Source: Perna viridis (taxonomy: Eukaryota). Taken from it: 64,000 bases of DNA. Below the pieces are notes generated by a model. It had not been told where the DNA came from. It was given only the letters and a program-made list of their open reading frames with translations, and searched no databases. Below are positions 1 through 10,668 of the stretch, one piece after another. The stretch's first letter is position 1. Each line of letters starts with the position of its first letter. Where the stretch lies: the NCBI GenBank assembly GCA_037379345.1, contig CM074523.1, positions 1,434,525-1,498,524 of the forward strand. The letters are read 5' to 3'. The translations under genes were made by a program, and so were the position numbers.

Positions 1-749
1 GTATTTATACAGTGTAAGTCAATCTCACTTGAGTTATCCCCCTTTACTTATTATCACACTGCCTTATCATGATCATTTTTGTCCTTAATCTGATATATGT
101 AGGTCTTCAATAGAAATTATATCCATAGGACTGTGCCATATTTTACAGGGAACATAACACATTGCTTACTCTAAAGGGAGACAACTCTTCCTTCATCAAA
201 CAGGTCCCTACAAAAAAATAGATACATGTATGTATTAATTATTCTTTTATATTCCTAAATCATCAATAATTTGGTTATCCCTACTGAGACCTGTAAGTAA
301 TAGCTGATTGAAATGATTGGAAAAGATCCAATACCTAAAAATTTCTGTTCCCTTTTTCTTCATAAGTAATTACATTTATTGTATTGGAATTAGTTTTACC
401 TTATCTTATGCTTATTTTGAAAATAAACTATTGCAGATCTACATATCTGGTTAAAAATATCACATTCCATAATTCACTGCTTATAACATATAATTAGTTT
501 CATTTTCATAAGTTAGCACATTTATCTTTGTATTCTTATTTCTGATTTTGTTCATCAACTTCAAAAGAGCTTTATTTTTGTTTTTGTTTATAAGAGCTTC
601 TGTTGATGTGTTAGTACTGGTAGTTAAGTTGTACATAAACTGTTTTGACAGATTGTCAATATGATTTTGTTTTATTTTCATGGTGGTCTAAACCAGCATA
701 TTAAAGTCTTGAGAATGTTTATCTTGACTTTTAGTAAGGAATTTATACA

Positions 750-870
750 TACCTGTTAACTTGAGGAACAACACTTATGGGGGATTCTCCCTCACTGACA
801 CTGTCTCCATACCTGTTAACCTTTGGAACAGTTCATGTTGGATATTCTCCCCATTGACACTGTCTCATAT
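750..870. repeat. ~60-bp tandem duplication (2 copies)
   Basis: atacctgttaac...gg[ga]tattctccc...tgacactgtctc occurs twice. Confidence 0.75.
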
Positions 871-1177
871 GGGAGAAGTTAAATTAATTTTTTTCATACA
901 AAATTCAATTATTAAGCATTTTTCACAGTCAGTATAATAATTTTACAAGAAACATCCAACAAATCTTACATATTGAAATGGGAGATTCTAAATTTTTCAT
1001 TGTTTTTGTGGGAGGGTTAACTGGAATGATTTTTAAAGAAATGACAGTTTCTTCTATTCTCTTGTCAAACAAATATTTAGTGTTGATGTATTAACAGTAC
1101 ATTTACAAATGGCACTCCTCTGTGTTGTTACAATGTACATTGTTAGGTGCAAATGAACAGGGAACCAGTCATGTCCA

Positions 1178-1437
1178 TTAGGCACTGTATGTTATATTAA
1201 CTTTTGCCTGCTGGGATGGTTTCTTTGAATTAATATCATTTTACCAGTAGGCATTGTAGGTTATATTAACGTTTGCCTGCTGAGGTCATTTGTTTGAATG
1301 AATTTCATTTTACTAGTAGGCACTGTATGTTATGTTAACATTGTTTGCCTGCTGGGGTCATTCCTCTGAGTAAATATCATTTTACCAGTAAGCACTGTAT
1401 GTTATATTAGAATTATTTGCCTGCCGAGTTCCTTGCT
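1178..1437. repeat. ~68-72-bp minisatellite, ~4 copies
   Basis: recurring ttttaccagtaggcactgtatgttatattaac..tttgcctgctg. Confidence 0.85.
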
Positions 1438-1582
1438 TTGAGTTATAAACAGTGAGCAGATTTTCTTTATTTTTGTTACTTTTTCTATCTTCCATATTTT
1501 ATACTACTCACCTTCTTGGCTTTTATTGAGTTCATTCTACCTTTTTTTATTGCTTTACGTTGGAAGAATGAGTTTATGTTCC

Positions 1583-1797
1583 TTGGAAAATGAGTAAGTT
1601 ATCATTTGAGGTGAGTGAATATTGGAATGAGTAAGTTATCATTGGAGGTTGAGTGAATTTGGAATGAGTGAGTTATCATTGGAGGTTGAGTGAATTTTGG
1701 AATAAGTAAGCTATTATTGGAGGTTGAGTGAATTTTGGAATGAGTGAGTTATCATTGGAGGTTGAGTGAATTTTGGAATGACTGAGTTATCAATGGA
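1583..1797. repeat. ~38-39-bp minisatellite, ~5.5 copies
   Basis: recurring ttggaatgagt[ag]agttatcattggaggttgagtgaatt. Confidence 0.9.
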
Positions 1798-4700
1798 AAA
1801 TGAACAAATTGACATTGAAAAGGAAGGAGTTTTCATTATTGAATAATAAGTGAGTCTATTAGGTGATATACCAAGATCAGTAAGCACTGGCTTGGAATCT
1901 TTTGTCATTTGATATTTGTATCATCAATTTTAACTTCAACTCATTATGTACAGAAAGGTTTGGTGATGACTTATTTTTAGCATATTTCTACATATTTAGC
2001 TTCATCCCTTCTTTATTCAAGCACATTATTTTCATTAGTGTTAATTATGACTCAGTATATATATTTTTGCTTCATGTACTGTAAGATAGTTTTCTATATC
2101 CCATTGTTCTTTCAGAATAAAGAGATTTTTCATTGTATTTACATGTAGCTTTTTCCATCATGTCAAGTTCTGACGAAATTAGTAATGTTGAATGTTTCTT
2201 GAATTGACCAATATAATAAGACCCTATTTTATACCATATACAGTCATGTACAGTGAGTTATGAGTTATTCGGAACACTTTATATGTAGGTGTTTAACGCA
2301 CTGATGTAAAAGATTTTGCTCTTAAGACAGTCATATCTTTTTTTCTCGAAGGACCTGATTTTTATGAACTTGCATCCATATACTTTTATCTTAGTTCGTT
2401 TTTCCTGATCACTAAAAGCTTGAATTTCTTTGCAACTATAAACTCTGCTCTTTGTAAAACAAGAAATAAAATTAAGCCATAAACATGTCTTAACATCATG
2501 CTGTGATGTATACAGGTAGAGGCTAATTATAACCCTCACACTTCTCTCTTATTTCTTGAAAAATTTTTTTGGAATCAAACGTTCCTAAAAATCATTAAAA
2601 TATTAAAGAGAAGATGATATTAACAATCTAAAACTTGTGACTTCAGAAATAATAAATTTTCTTAATTTCACTGACTTGCAAGCTGGGTTTTTTTTTCCTG
2701 TTTTATCCATAATGCATTCGCCAGATTCTTAATATGGTTAATATTGCATGTTTACAGATTTACAGTGCTCTTGTGAGTAACTATTTATAGAAATTGTGTA
2801 TCTATTTTTAGACATCTATTAATAGAATTTCCATTTTTAGAATACAGTATAATTGTATGCATTAGAAAATATATTCATAGTGACCATGACATCATCCTAA
2901 CTTTTCATCAAGGGTCAATATATGGATCACAACCATACACAAACTCTCAAATATATCAGAAGCTGTGTTGTGTCTAGCCATAATCAGTAATCACAATCTT
3001 TTTATGGTTCACCCTTAAAGAAGGAGTTATCACCATTGAATTTATCCAACATAGATCTTTCTATTAATATGACAAAATATGGTACATGTATCTCTGATTA
3101 CAAAATATGATTTCTCTTTCAATTTATTTCTAAGTTTAAAGTGTTATGTTTCAAAGCTTAAACACAGTACGCTTGATAAGATAAGCTTTTATCCTTTTGA
3201 ATAAAACCAGTATCTGTTTACAGTGGAATATTTGTATAATGTACTTTTCAAACTAATTTCAATTTTAAAAGTAGAAAAAAGAGAATTGAAAGGTTCTATT
3301 TCATTATCAATATATTTATAATTTTATATCCCTGCTCCGTAGTAGAGGATTAAATATTTTACCCTTGTCTGTGCTTCACTCTGTAATAATTTTTTCATGT
3401 CACACTTTTCTCAGCAACTACTCATCAAAATTTTTTATACATTCTTCCTGTAGGTATGCCATTGGTTGGGATATACTTTTGGGAAAATTCAACAACTTCC
3501 TGTTTACCAAGGACTTTGTTTATTTTCCTTATATCATAATTAAAATCTGATAAGCCATTGGTCTCAAATTTCTTATTTGAAATGATTTCCATTGAAAAAT
3601 ATGATGTTAATATACACCATCAGTTGTTTTATTCAAAGAAACTTGTTCAGTAAAGCAGTAAGTGATGATTATAAGAGACTCACATCGCTGAACCTTTATA
3701 ATATGTAGTAATTATGTTTGCTTCTTAAATTTTCTGCTTGTTTAAGCTTCAGACTAACCAATCAAAAGCTATGTCACCATATGCTTTATGGCCAAAATTG
3801 AACAGCTGACAGATTTTGGGATAAACTTGAAACTGAAAAAAATGATATTCTATCTCAAGCAGTATCAGTGATTTCAGCACTTTGATTCATTGTCCAGTGG
3901 AATAAATTTTGTCTTAAAACCATTTCATTACATCAACTCATTACCTTAATAGATTTGTTATTTGTGTTTTCTTACAAGTCTTTGAAATGCCAATCAAATT
4001 ATGTAGGTAAATTTTTAATTTTCATTTTCATATTTGAGGAAACATAAATTTTCAAATTCATAGCAAACCAAATTCTGTATATAAGGTAATTTTCCTTCGG
4101 CGAATTTTAGCAGTCTGTCTTGAAACACCAAAATAAATTTAATGAAATACTGTAGGCTTAAGTGTTTTATACACCACTTATCATCTCCAAAAATAAGAAA
4201 CACAGATAAATTTTTTAAACCTTATTTGCTTAAAAAAAATCACAGAATTTTACATCGGCCATAATACACCGCCATATAGTACCAATATTAAATGTGATAT
4301 ACTGAAGCATTTCAAAGGTTGAGGATTTAGCACATTTGTTTGAACTGAAAGGATTTGTTGTGTATTTAGCACATACTTTTATAGGTCTTTTCTCTTATGT
4401 GTATCATTTCTATTTAGTGTATTTATTTATACATCTACATGTATATTTTTGTATTCAGTGTATTTAGCAGTCTTTGTTCTCGATCATCATTTTATTATAT
4501 GGAAATAGCGACAGATCTATACATATCAGGTCCTGATCTGAAAATTAAATAGAATACAAACTTTGTTATTGTGAAAATGTTGTTGTGGATATTTTAATTT
4601 AACTGAAAACTTTTCAATTTTTATGCCCTTAACCTGTATAATGAACAAGTTTTTTACAACTTAACTTTGCAGTATGATTGAATGCCAAACATATGAACCA

Positions 4701-4897
4701 ATCTATGATAAGATAACAAAGATTAAGTAAAAAGAGATATATTTTAACCATAGGAAATAAAAATTATTTTGTAAAATCTACTCTGCTCATTTAAAAAGTA
4801 CATTGCATTATGATTTCTTTTCTATTGAGTTCTAAGTCAGTAGTGGCAAGCTATCTAGAATGATATTAAACTATGACCATTTTTTTTTCTGTTTCAG

Positions 4898-5010
4898 GGA
4901 TCAGCATCCACCAGTATGACCAGAATACAACAGACAGTAGCAACCTACTTCAGATATTCACTAATGGATCTCATGTCAAAAATGGTTGCAGGAACACCAC
5001 ATTTTGTCAG
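4898..5010 (+). CDS. MYO3: Myosin III exon (motor domain, actin-binding region): [38 protein letters not shown]
   Basis: tttcag acceptor, gtaaga donor; the [18 protein letters not shown]..PHFVR peptide is characteristic of class III myosins; ends in phase 2 and joins the next exon. Confidence 0.93.
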
Positions 5011-5615
5011 GTAAGATCAGGCCAATAGTGCACGATCACTGTCTCTAGTAAGATCCCATGACCGTGATATGGCCTGTAGTCCACATTGTCTAGTAAGATC
5101 ACATGATAGTCATATGATCTGTAGTCCACGCTGTGTCTAGTAAAATCACATGACAGTCATATGGCCTGTAGTACAAACTGTGTTTAGTAAGATCACATGA
5201 CTGTCATATGGCCAGTTGTCTAAAATTGTGTCTAGTAAGATCACATGACAGTGATATGGCTTGTCCTCCACACTGTGTCAACTAAGATCACATAACAGTC
5301 ATATTGCTTGTAGTCCACACTGTGTCTAGTAAGAGTATATGACAGTGATATTGTCTGTAGCCATCACTGTGTTTAGTAAGTTCACAAGACAGTCGTGTGG
5401 CGTGTGCTCCACTCTGTGTTTAGTAAGATCACATGACAGTCATATGGCCTGTAGTCCAAAATTGTGTCTTGTATCACATGATCATGGCAGTCATATGGCC
5501 TGTAAGTCAATACAGTATAAAGCATAAACACTTTGTCAAGCAAGATCACATGGCAGTCACGTGCCTTTTATTGTCCACATGCTGTCATTTAAGATCGCAT
5601 GACCAAGTGATATGA
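4990..5615 (+). repeat. 47-bp minisatellite derived from the exon end and donor at 5010/5011, ~12-13 copies
   Basis: gtaagatca or a near variant recurs at 5011, 5048, 5093, 5140, 5187, 5235, 5329, 5376, 5423; the unit end ccacattgtcta resembles the exon end ccacattttgtcag. Confidence 0.85.
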
Positions 5616-5729
5616 AAAGTAGATATGTACTCAGTTCTATGTGTTGCTGTGAATTTCATTTTGTTTTTTCTGTCTTTTTAAAATTGAAATTAGAGTACTA
5701 GTGTAACCATAGTTTCAATGGTATTAAAG

Positions 5730-5879
5730 GTGTATCCGTCCCAATGCTGACAACTTACCAGATCAGTTTGACCATGAGAGGGTAACAGTTCAGCTGAGGT
5801 ATACAGGGGTACTAGAGACAACAAGGATCAGGAGGGAAGGATACTCGCATAGGATACCATTTGCCGAGTTTATAAGGAG
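5730..5879 (+). CDS. MYO3: Myosin III exon (SH2/SH1 region): [49 protein letters not shown]
   Basis: Conserved myosin motif RCIxPN...[21 protein letters not shown]; aag acceptor, gtaaat donor; phase 2-2. Confidence 0.95.
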
Positions 5880-7338
5880 GTAAATTAATTATCAAGTTCT
5901 CTTATTCTGTAAACCAACTTTGTAGTTGTTTTGTGAGCATGAAAAATCTGCAAAAATGATTTAATTTAATTGGGTTTTTCTCATGTGGACAGAATAAGTT
6001 ATTTTCCGTAAATTAACTTGGTACTGTGACGTCATTAACATTCTTTTGTCCATGGTCCGCAATTCAAATAATTCCAACCTAAATACAGCTCTGATGATGT
6101 AACAAATCTTAATTTTGATTTTAATCAATTAGAAATTCAATCACAAGGATTGTTTCTTCATTAATCAATTCCTAGTTCATGAAGCATAAACTGCCCCAAA
6201 GTTGGTTATTTCATATTACCAGGTGAAAAATTCAAAACTTCAAATAAATGTTTCCTTCATTATGGAATACATGTAGAACAGAGTATCAGTCTTGTAGTCT
6301 AAACCCAACCCCCTTTTTTTTTACCTTTAATTTGGTTTGGTTTAGACAGGTGTTTAGTTTTCCCAGGTTCACAATACATTTAAAATGATAGAAAGTGTCT
6401 GGTTTAGACAAGTTTTATTTTTTTTAGGTTCTGTTTAGACAAGGGAAATATAGTTAATTCCCTCATACATGCATATGTAAATAAGTATTCACAAAATTCT
6501 TTGGCTTTCAGTAGTCATTTTATATCCAAAATGCCTGTACCATATCAAGATCATTACGATGGTTTCCATAATATCAACATAAAAAAAAAGAAATACCAAA
6601 GTTTGAGTAGTTGGATGATTCAAATACATCAAAATAAAAAAATATGGTCTAAACGTGAACACATGAAACAGGAACTATCTAGAAATACAATGTAGTGAAC
6701 CAAATAAAAAAAGATATCACATAAGAACTGAAAATAAGGGAAACAAGAATAAAGCACTAGCAATATGATGTACCACAATAGAAAACCCAAAAAACAAACG
6801 AGAGTGACATCAGGTTCTCTGGAAGGGTAAGCATGTCCTGCTTGGCCAGAGGCATCTGCCATCCAGCTGACCAGTTTTTACCCTGATATTGTCATTTGTT
6901 ACACTTTCCATTTGGCTAAAGTCTGCATTTAATCACAATTTTGTTATTACCCTTCATTTGTTAATGATTTATTTTGTCTCCGCCTTTAAGTCTTTCCAAT
7001 AAATTGACCGTTTAATGTTATGCATGATTTTTTACTCAATTTTAACTCAACTTCCTGTTTACGGAACTTCTCCTGTTGAATTTTTGGAGTGGCAGAGAAT
7101 CCATGTTTAATTGGTAGTAATTTTTCTAGTTTGATATTTGGTTGGACAATGTTTAAAACTACTTCCTTTGGCTGAAGTCAAGAAATATGCAATGAAAGCA
7201 ATTTATTTTTTTATTATCAAATAAATAACTAATGGCTATAATAACTTTTGCAAGCTCAAACATTTTTGAAAACACAAGAACAGCAGTATCTATGATTTAA
7301 AACATATACAATTATGTATTGATTATAAACGCTTTCAG

Positions 7339-7450
7339 ATATCACATGTTGGTTTTTGGTCACCAGGAGAAAGTGGAGTACTCCAGAGACTGCTGTTTTA
7401 GGATGTTAGAAAGACTTAAAATGGAGAACTGGGCTCTGGGAAAGTCTAAG
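7339..7450 (+). CDS. MYO3: Myosin III exon (converter): YHMLVFGHQEKVEYSRDCCFRMLERLKMENWALGKSK
   Basis: tttcag acceptor, aag|gtaaga donor; W.LGK[ST]K converter motif; phase 2-0. Confidence 0.92.
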
Positions 7451-7672
7451 GTAAGACTGGTTTTAGAATGTCATAAAGACTTAAAATGGAGAATTGGGCC
7501 ATGGGAAAGTCTAAGGTAAGATCAGTTTTAGGAAGTCAGAAAGACTTAAAATGGAGGAGAGGGCCCTGAAAAAGACTGAGGTAAAAAAGGCTGAAAAACG
7601 AGAACTGGACCTGAGGAAAGTTGATGGTATGATTGATTTTAGGACGTCAGAAAGACATAAAATGGAGAATTG
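7393..7672 (+). repeat. 65-bp tandem copies of exon end plus donor, ~4.5 copies
   Basis: ttttag[ga]a..tcagaaagacttaaaatggagaa..gggc..tgggaaagtctaag|gtaaga repeats; donor copies at 7451, 7516, 7581. Confidence 0.92.
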
Positions 7673-7750
7673 AGGCGTCAGATTACCTTTCTTAATTTGC
7701 ATTTAAAATACGAAGTTTCCATTGGATCAGAATTCCATGTTTATTTGTAG

Positions 7751-7913
7751 GTATTTTTGAAGTATTACCACATGGAACACTTAGCAAGGATATTTGAAGA
7801 GAGAAATAAGAAGGCTATTGTCATCCAATCAGTTGTCAGAATGTGGTTAGCGCAGAACAGATTCCTTAAACAGAAATGGCAAAGAGAAAAGGCAGCCATC
7901 AGACTACAAGCTT
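7751..7913 (+). CDS. MYO3: Myosin III exon: VFLKYYH...IQ1 (IQSVVRMWLAQ) and first half of IQ2 (AAIRLQA)
   Basis: tttgtag acceptor; GKSK|VFLKYYH join typical of myosin III; gtaagt donor at 7914; phase 0-1. Confidence 0.93.
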
Positions 7914-8710
7914 GTAAGTTATTGGGGATTTGTAGCTAGGGAAAAGGCAGTCATCAGACTACAAGCTTGTAGGTTATTGGGGATTAGTAGTTAGGGAAAA
8001 GGCAGCCATCAGATTGTGTGCTTGTAAGTTATTGGGGATTTGTAGCCATGGGAAAGCAGATATTAGATTACAAGCTTGTAGGTTATTTGTAGCCAGGGAA
8101 AAGGCAGCCATCAGACTGCAAGCTTGTAAGTTATTGGGGATTTGTAGCCAGGGAAAAAGCAGCCATCAGACTGCAAGCTTGTAGATTATTGGGGATTAGT
8201 AGTTAGGGAAAAGGCAGCCATTAGACTGCAAGCTTGTAGGTTATTGGGGATTAGTAGTTAGGGAAAAGGCAGCCATCAGACTGCAAGCTTGTAAGTTATT
8301 GGGGATTTGTAGCCAGGGAAAAAGCAGCCATCAGACTGCAAGCTTGTAGGTTATTGGGGATTAGTAGTTAGGGAAAAGGCAGCCATCAGACTGCAAGCTT
8401 GTAGGTTATTGGGGATTAGTATTTAGGGAAAAGGCAGCCATCAGGCTACATGCTTGTAAGTTATTTGGGGATTTGTAGTCAGGGAAAAAGCAGCCATCAG
8501 ACTGCAAGCTTGTAGGTTATTGGGGATTAGTAGTTAGGGAAAGAGCAGCCATCAGACTGCAAGCTTGTAGGTTATTTGGGATTAGTAGTTAGGGAAAAGG
8601 CAGCCATCAGGCTACATGCTTGTAAGTTATTGGGGATTTGTAGCCAGGGAAAAGGCAGCCATCAGACTGCAAGCTTATAAGTTATTGGGGATTAGTAGGT
8701 AGGGAAAAGA
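7884..8710 (+). repeat. 55-bp minisatellite made of exon end plus donor, ~15 copies
   Basis: unit agggaaaaggcagccatcagactgcaagcttgta[ag]gttattggggatt[ta]gtag[ct][ct]; the first copy overlaps the exon. Confidence 0.97.
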
Positions 8711-9071
8711 GATACTTGATAAGAATTTGTATTGTTATCTATGGCTTGGGTTGGGGAGATGAAGGGGAGAAGCAGCTTTTGGACATGTTATGTGGATCTG
8801 TGGCCTGGGATGTTAGGGGTTACTGATAGTGGGGGAGCAGCCAAGTTTTGATGATGAATGGTTTGGTATTAGTTGGTGGAGAGAAGCTGCCATTGAACAT
8901 TAATCTTGTTGCTTTTAGGGAAAAGATTTGCAAAATTGCAAAAATTATTGATAGTGAAATATGCATTAAATAATGTAGTACATGTATAAGGTATTCTGGA
9001 AATCGAGGTTGGTTATTTTTCATGAGAATATTATTTTCTGTGAATGAATTATTTCATTCATATAATTTCAG

Positions 9072-9152
9072 TTACCAAGATGATAATAGCAAGAAAAACC
9101 TTTAATGAGGAGAAGAAAAAGAGAGTTAAAGCTGCACTTTTGGTCCAGAAAT
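9072..9152 (+). CDS. MYO3: Myosin III exon: second half of IQ2 and first half of IQ3 (FTKMIIARKTFNEEKKKRVKAALLVQK)
   Basis: tttcag acceptor, gtaagt donor; 81 nt, phase 1-1; completes IQ motifs on both sides. Confidence 0.88.
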
Positions 9153-9200
9153 GTAAGTTAAAACAACTCAATTTTAAAAAAGTCCAGAAATGTAAGTTAA
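9143..9200 (+). repeat. 39-bp-period duplication of exon end plus donor
   Basis: gtccagaaatgtaagttaa at 9143-9161 and 9182-9200. Confidence 0.9.
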
Positions 9201-9462
9201 GGATGTTCACTGTATTATCTAAGAATAACAAGGATTTCTAAGGGTTGTGAAATCTTTTAAGGTCTTTCAAGCTAGAACAATATAAGAAGAAAAAATAGAT
9301 AAATTAGTAAGCTTGTTTTAGAGATGATTTTTTTTAGGAAAAAGATTTCTCTAGATTTTCCATAGGTGTTTCTTAGTAGGTTTTATTTATTAATAACAGT
9401 GAGGAAATAATAATGATTTCATAAAGACTCCCCAATTGAGGTTTAATATTATGAAACGCAAA

Positions 9463-9555
9463 GAAGGGTCACTGAGCTATAAACAGAAAGGGTCACTGGG
9501 CTGAAAACCAGAAGGGTCACTTGGCCGAAAATAGGAAGGGTCACTGGACTAAAAA
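9463..9555. repeat. ~24-bp tandem repeat, 4 copies
   Basis: aagggtcactg[ga]gct.aaaac repeats. Confidence 0.8.
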
Positions 9556-10332
9556 CATTAATGCCATGGAATGAATAAAACCAGAGGAGTCAGAAAATCT
9601 GTCAAAAATGGCTGAAAATCACTAGAGAACATCCTTAAAAAACTTATTGTATGGTAAGATTTATGTTTTACAAAACAATGGTGGTTGCATAGGCAGAATA
9701 TTTTCGCATGAATTTTCTGAGAATTTTTTTTTTTAAATATTGCGAAGAAAACTTCAAGTAAATTTCATGTGAACTATATTTGCTTGTGTAATTGCCGTGT
9801 AAAATCCAGAACAGGAAGTTTAATAATTTTCTGACGTGCTAAAATGGTAGTCACGCAAAAAAGATGATATCAAACAAGAAATGTACTGACCGTAGAGAAA
9901 ATATTTTTCGTAACATTTTTCTTAGCAACTATAAATCACATCCATTAGATATTTAGTGTGTAATTTCAGTATGTGGTCCCATATCGTGGGATGTGATATC
10001 AGGTCTGTCACACTTCTACAGCAACCATTTCTGTCTTTGACTATTTTTTTTTTGCCTAGTGGTTTCATGAAAAAGGAGTGGATCATTTAAGTATTACGAT
10101 AAATGTGAGTCACAGGTTCAGCTTCATGTATTATAATGAGCATGTGTCACTTAAGATTTTAGTTGTGTTTGAACTTACCCTCAACAACAGATCTTCTGTA
10201 GGGAGGGGTCACTTATATCCTATATCTTAACACATTTCTTGAATTAAAACCTTTTAAAATCATGTAGCATTTTAGTAAAATTAGTTTAGGACCACAATAA
10301 CATAAGGTATTTATCAAATGTTCTTATTTCAG

Positions 10333-10668
10333 CCATGAAAGGATTTATGGCCAGGAAGAAAATCAAACCACAGATTGAGAAACATCGCCATCAGGTTGCT
10401 GCAGCAACACTCATTCAGTCTAAATATAGAGGCTATCTAGCTGTGAAAGAACGGAAAAAACTTCTGGCTGAGAAAAAACGTCTTGACGAACTTTTACTTG
10501 CCGAACAAAGAAGAATAGAACATGAACAAAAATTAAAACGCGAAGAGGAAAATAGACAAAGGGAAGAAGAAAAAAGGATGTTACAGGAGAAAGAAAAGAA
10601 GGAGAAAGAGGAAAGGGAGAGAAAAGAGATGAAAAGAAAGACAAGTAGTGCAATAAAAATACAGAGAG
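10333..10668 (+). CDS. MYO3: Myosin III exon: end of IQ3, IQ4 (IQSKYRGY), E/K/R-rich helix, start of IQ5 (SAIKIQR)
   Basis: tttcag acceptor, gtaagg donor; matches ORF 10335-10688; phase 1-1. Confidence 0.92.

Noticed and set aside
1-4897. Upstream myosin motor-domain exons
   Set aside because: No myosin-like peptide with usable splice sites was found; this appears to be one long intron, though a microexon cannot be excluded.
7884-8710. CRISPR-like appearance of regular repeats (also 4990-5615, 53636-55116)
   Set aside because: No unique spacers, no cas genes, and the context is spliceosomal introns; these are minisatellites.
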